From an uncultured Methanosarcinales archaeon (GTDB lineage: Archaea > Nanobdellota > Nanobdellia > Woesearchaeales > GW2011-AR15), in the NCBI GenBank assembly GCA_964428335.1, contig CAYRXW010000003.1:150368-214367 (forward strand): 64,000 nucleotides of DNA, given 5' to 3'. The position numbers and the translations under genes were made by a program. Positions 63,358 to 64,000 of the stretch are shown piece after piece (positions within the stretch are counted from its first letter, which is position 1; each line of letters opens with the position of its first letter). Below the pieces are notes generated by a model, which was not told the DNA's origin, ran no database searches, and saw nothing but the letters and a program-made list of their open reading frames with translations.

Positions 63358-64000
63358 GAAAACAAATCTTATTTTTACTTTTTGCAAGCCTTTTTGTTTC
63401 ATCAGTATCAGGGATAACAGATGCTTACAGCGGCTGGATATACAACAACAATGAATTCTCGTTTGACGGCATAGATTATGATGTCGTCATTTCAAAAGGT
63501 GGCTCTTCAATAGTTCTAGTATCAGAAGATTCAATAAATATAGAACTAAATAGCTGCAGACACCAAGATTTCAGGAAATTCTGCTACAACACATCATTTT
63601 ATGACACGCAGCTTAAAGAATACAAAGCTTACCTGAACATCTATTACCTAAAGCCGGAAATCACAGTCGAAAGAACAATCTCAGATGCTAGTTTGGAAGT
63701 CGGAGAAACCTCAGAGATAACTATTGAACTTGAGAATACAGGGGATGAGGAAGCAACTGTTGAATTCTATGATGAACTGCCGAAAAATGTGAAAATAACA
63801 AGTGCTGACAATGCAGAGATATCAGGAAATTCAATAATATGGGAAGGAGAGATTGAGCCGGATGAGATATATGAGATAACATATGAAATAAAGAGCATTG
63901 GAAGCTTTGACATATATACCAAAGCAAGGGCAAAGTACTTTGATGGTGTTAATGAAATCACCGTATTCTCAGAGCAGGCAAACCTTGTTTCCCTAGAACC
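63354..64000 (+). CDS. Secreted protein with CARDB/DUF11-like beta-sandwich domain, 3'-partial (runs off window end)
   Basis: ATG at 63354, signal peptide MRKQILFLLFASLFVSSVSG. SLEVGETSEITIELENTGDEEATVEFYDELP is typical of CARDB/DUF11 repeats. No stop before nt 64000. Confidence 0.5.
   Translation, partial: MRKQILFLLFASLFVSSVSGITDAYSGWIYNNNEFSFDGIDYDVVISKGGSSIVLVSEDSINIELNSCRHQDFRKFCYNTSFYDTQLKEYKAYLNIYYLKPEITVERTISDASLEVGETSEITIELENTGDEEATVEFYDELPKNVKITSADNAEISGNSIIWEGEIEPDEIYEITYEIKSIGSFDIYTKARAKYFDGVNEITVFSEQANLVSLE

Noticed and set aside
1-64000. CRISPR arrays, rRNA genes, transposases or integrases
   Set aside because: No regularly spaced repeat-spacer arrays, no rRNA-like conserved stretches, and no DDE/tyrosine-recombinase-like ORFs were seen in any frame.

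Overview
This is an AT-rich archaeal window of roughly 35% GC. The informational genes are unmistakably archaeal: radA, RPA, archaeal-type leuS, asnS, gatD, aIF5A, L40e, rpoL (Rpo11), rpoN (Rpo10), alpha-NAC, RNase P RNA, MinD, a three-gene mevalonate-pathway cluster, Trm11 and SpoU RNA methyltransferases, an S2P protease, oligoendopeptidase F and an M29 aminopeptidase. The small genes and the abundance of giant cysteine-rich surface proteins suggest a DPANN-like or other small-genome archaeon, but that is inference. No rRNA, CRISPR array or convincing tRNA was found.

The accessory content dominates the window and holds most of the candidate novelty:
- Two operons of type-IV-pilin-like proteins with class III signal peptides sit at about 3.4-6.6 kb and 40.4-43.6 kb.
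- In the first operon, a pilin-like N-terminus is fused to an NlpC/P60 peptidase. The next gene is a 1193-aa membrane protein carrying GH19-lysozyme-like, phosphodiester-glycosidase (NAGPA-like) and SGNH hydrolase domains.
- In the second operon, a pilin-like protein carries a C-terminal cohesin-like domain. Directly downstream is a 1551-aa secreted protein with a dockerin-like calcium-binding motif, a LamG domain and MopE-type DNDCDG repeats. This looks like a possible pilus-displayed cohesin-dockerin assembly.
- An AT-richer island at 12-15 kb lies between RPA and radA. It encodes a protein with an Rx4H HEPN motif, a two-TM protein and a protein with a PD-(D/E)xK-like motif, which is a candidate defence module.
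- Other giant surface proteins include a beta-helix protein, an Ig/cadherin-like adhesin and a Lamin Tail Domain (LTD)-domain protein.

Additional unannotated elements:
- RNase P RNA lies on the minus strand, under two spurious ORFs.
- A 53-aa L40e gene sits between aIF5A and the S2P protease.
- A 41-aa ribbon-helix-helix gene lies upstream of the giant adhesin.
- A 25-bp perfect palindrome sits in the promoter of a PadR-like regulator.
- A 3'-truncated Hel308-like helicase gene is present.

All domain calls come from reading motifs by eye in the supplied translations; no database search was possible.
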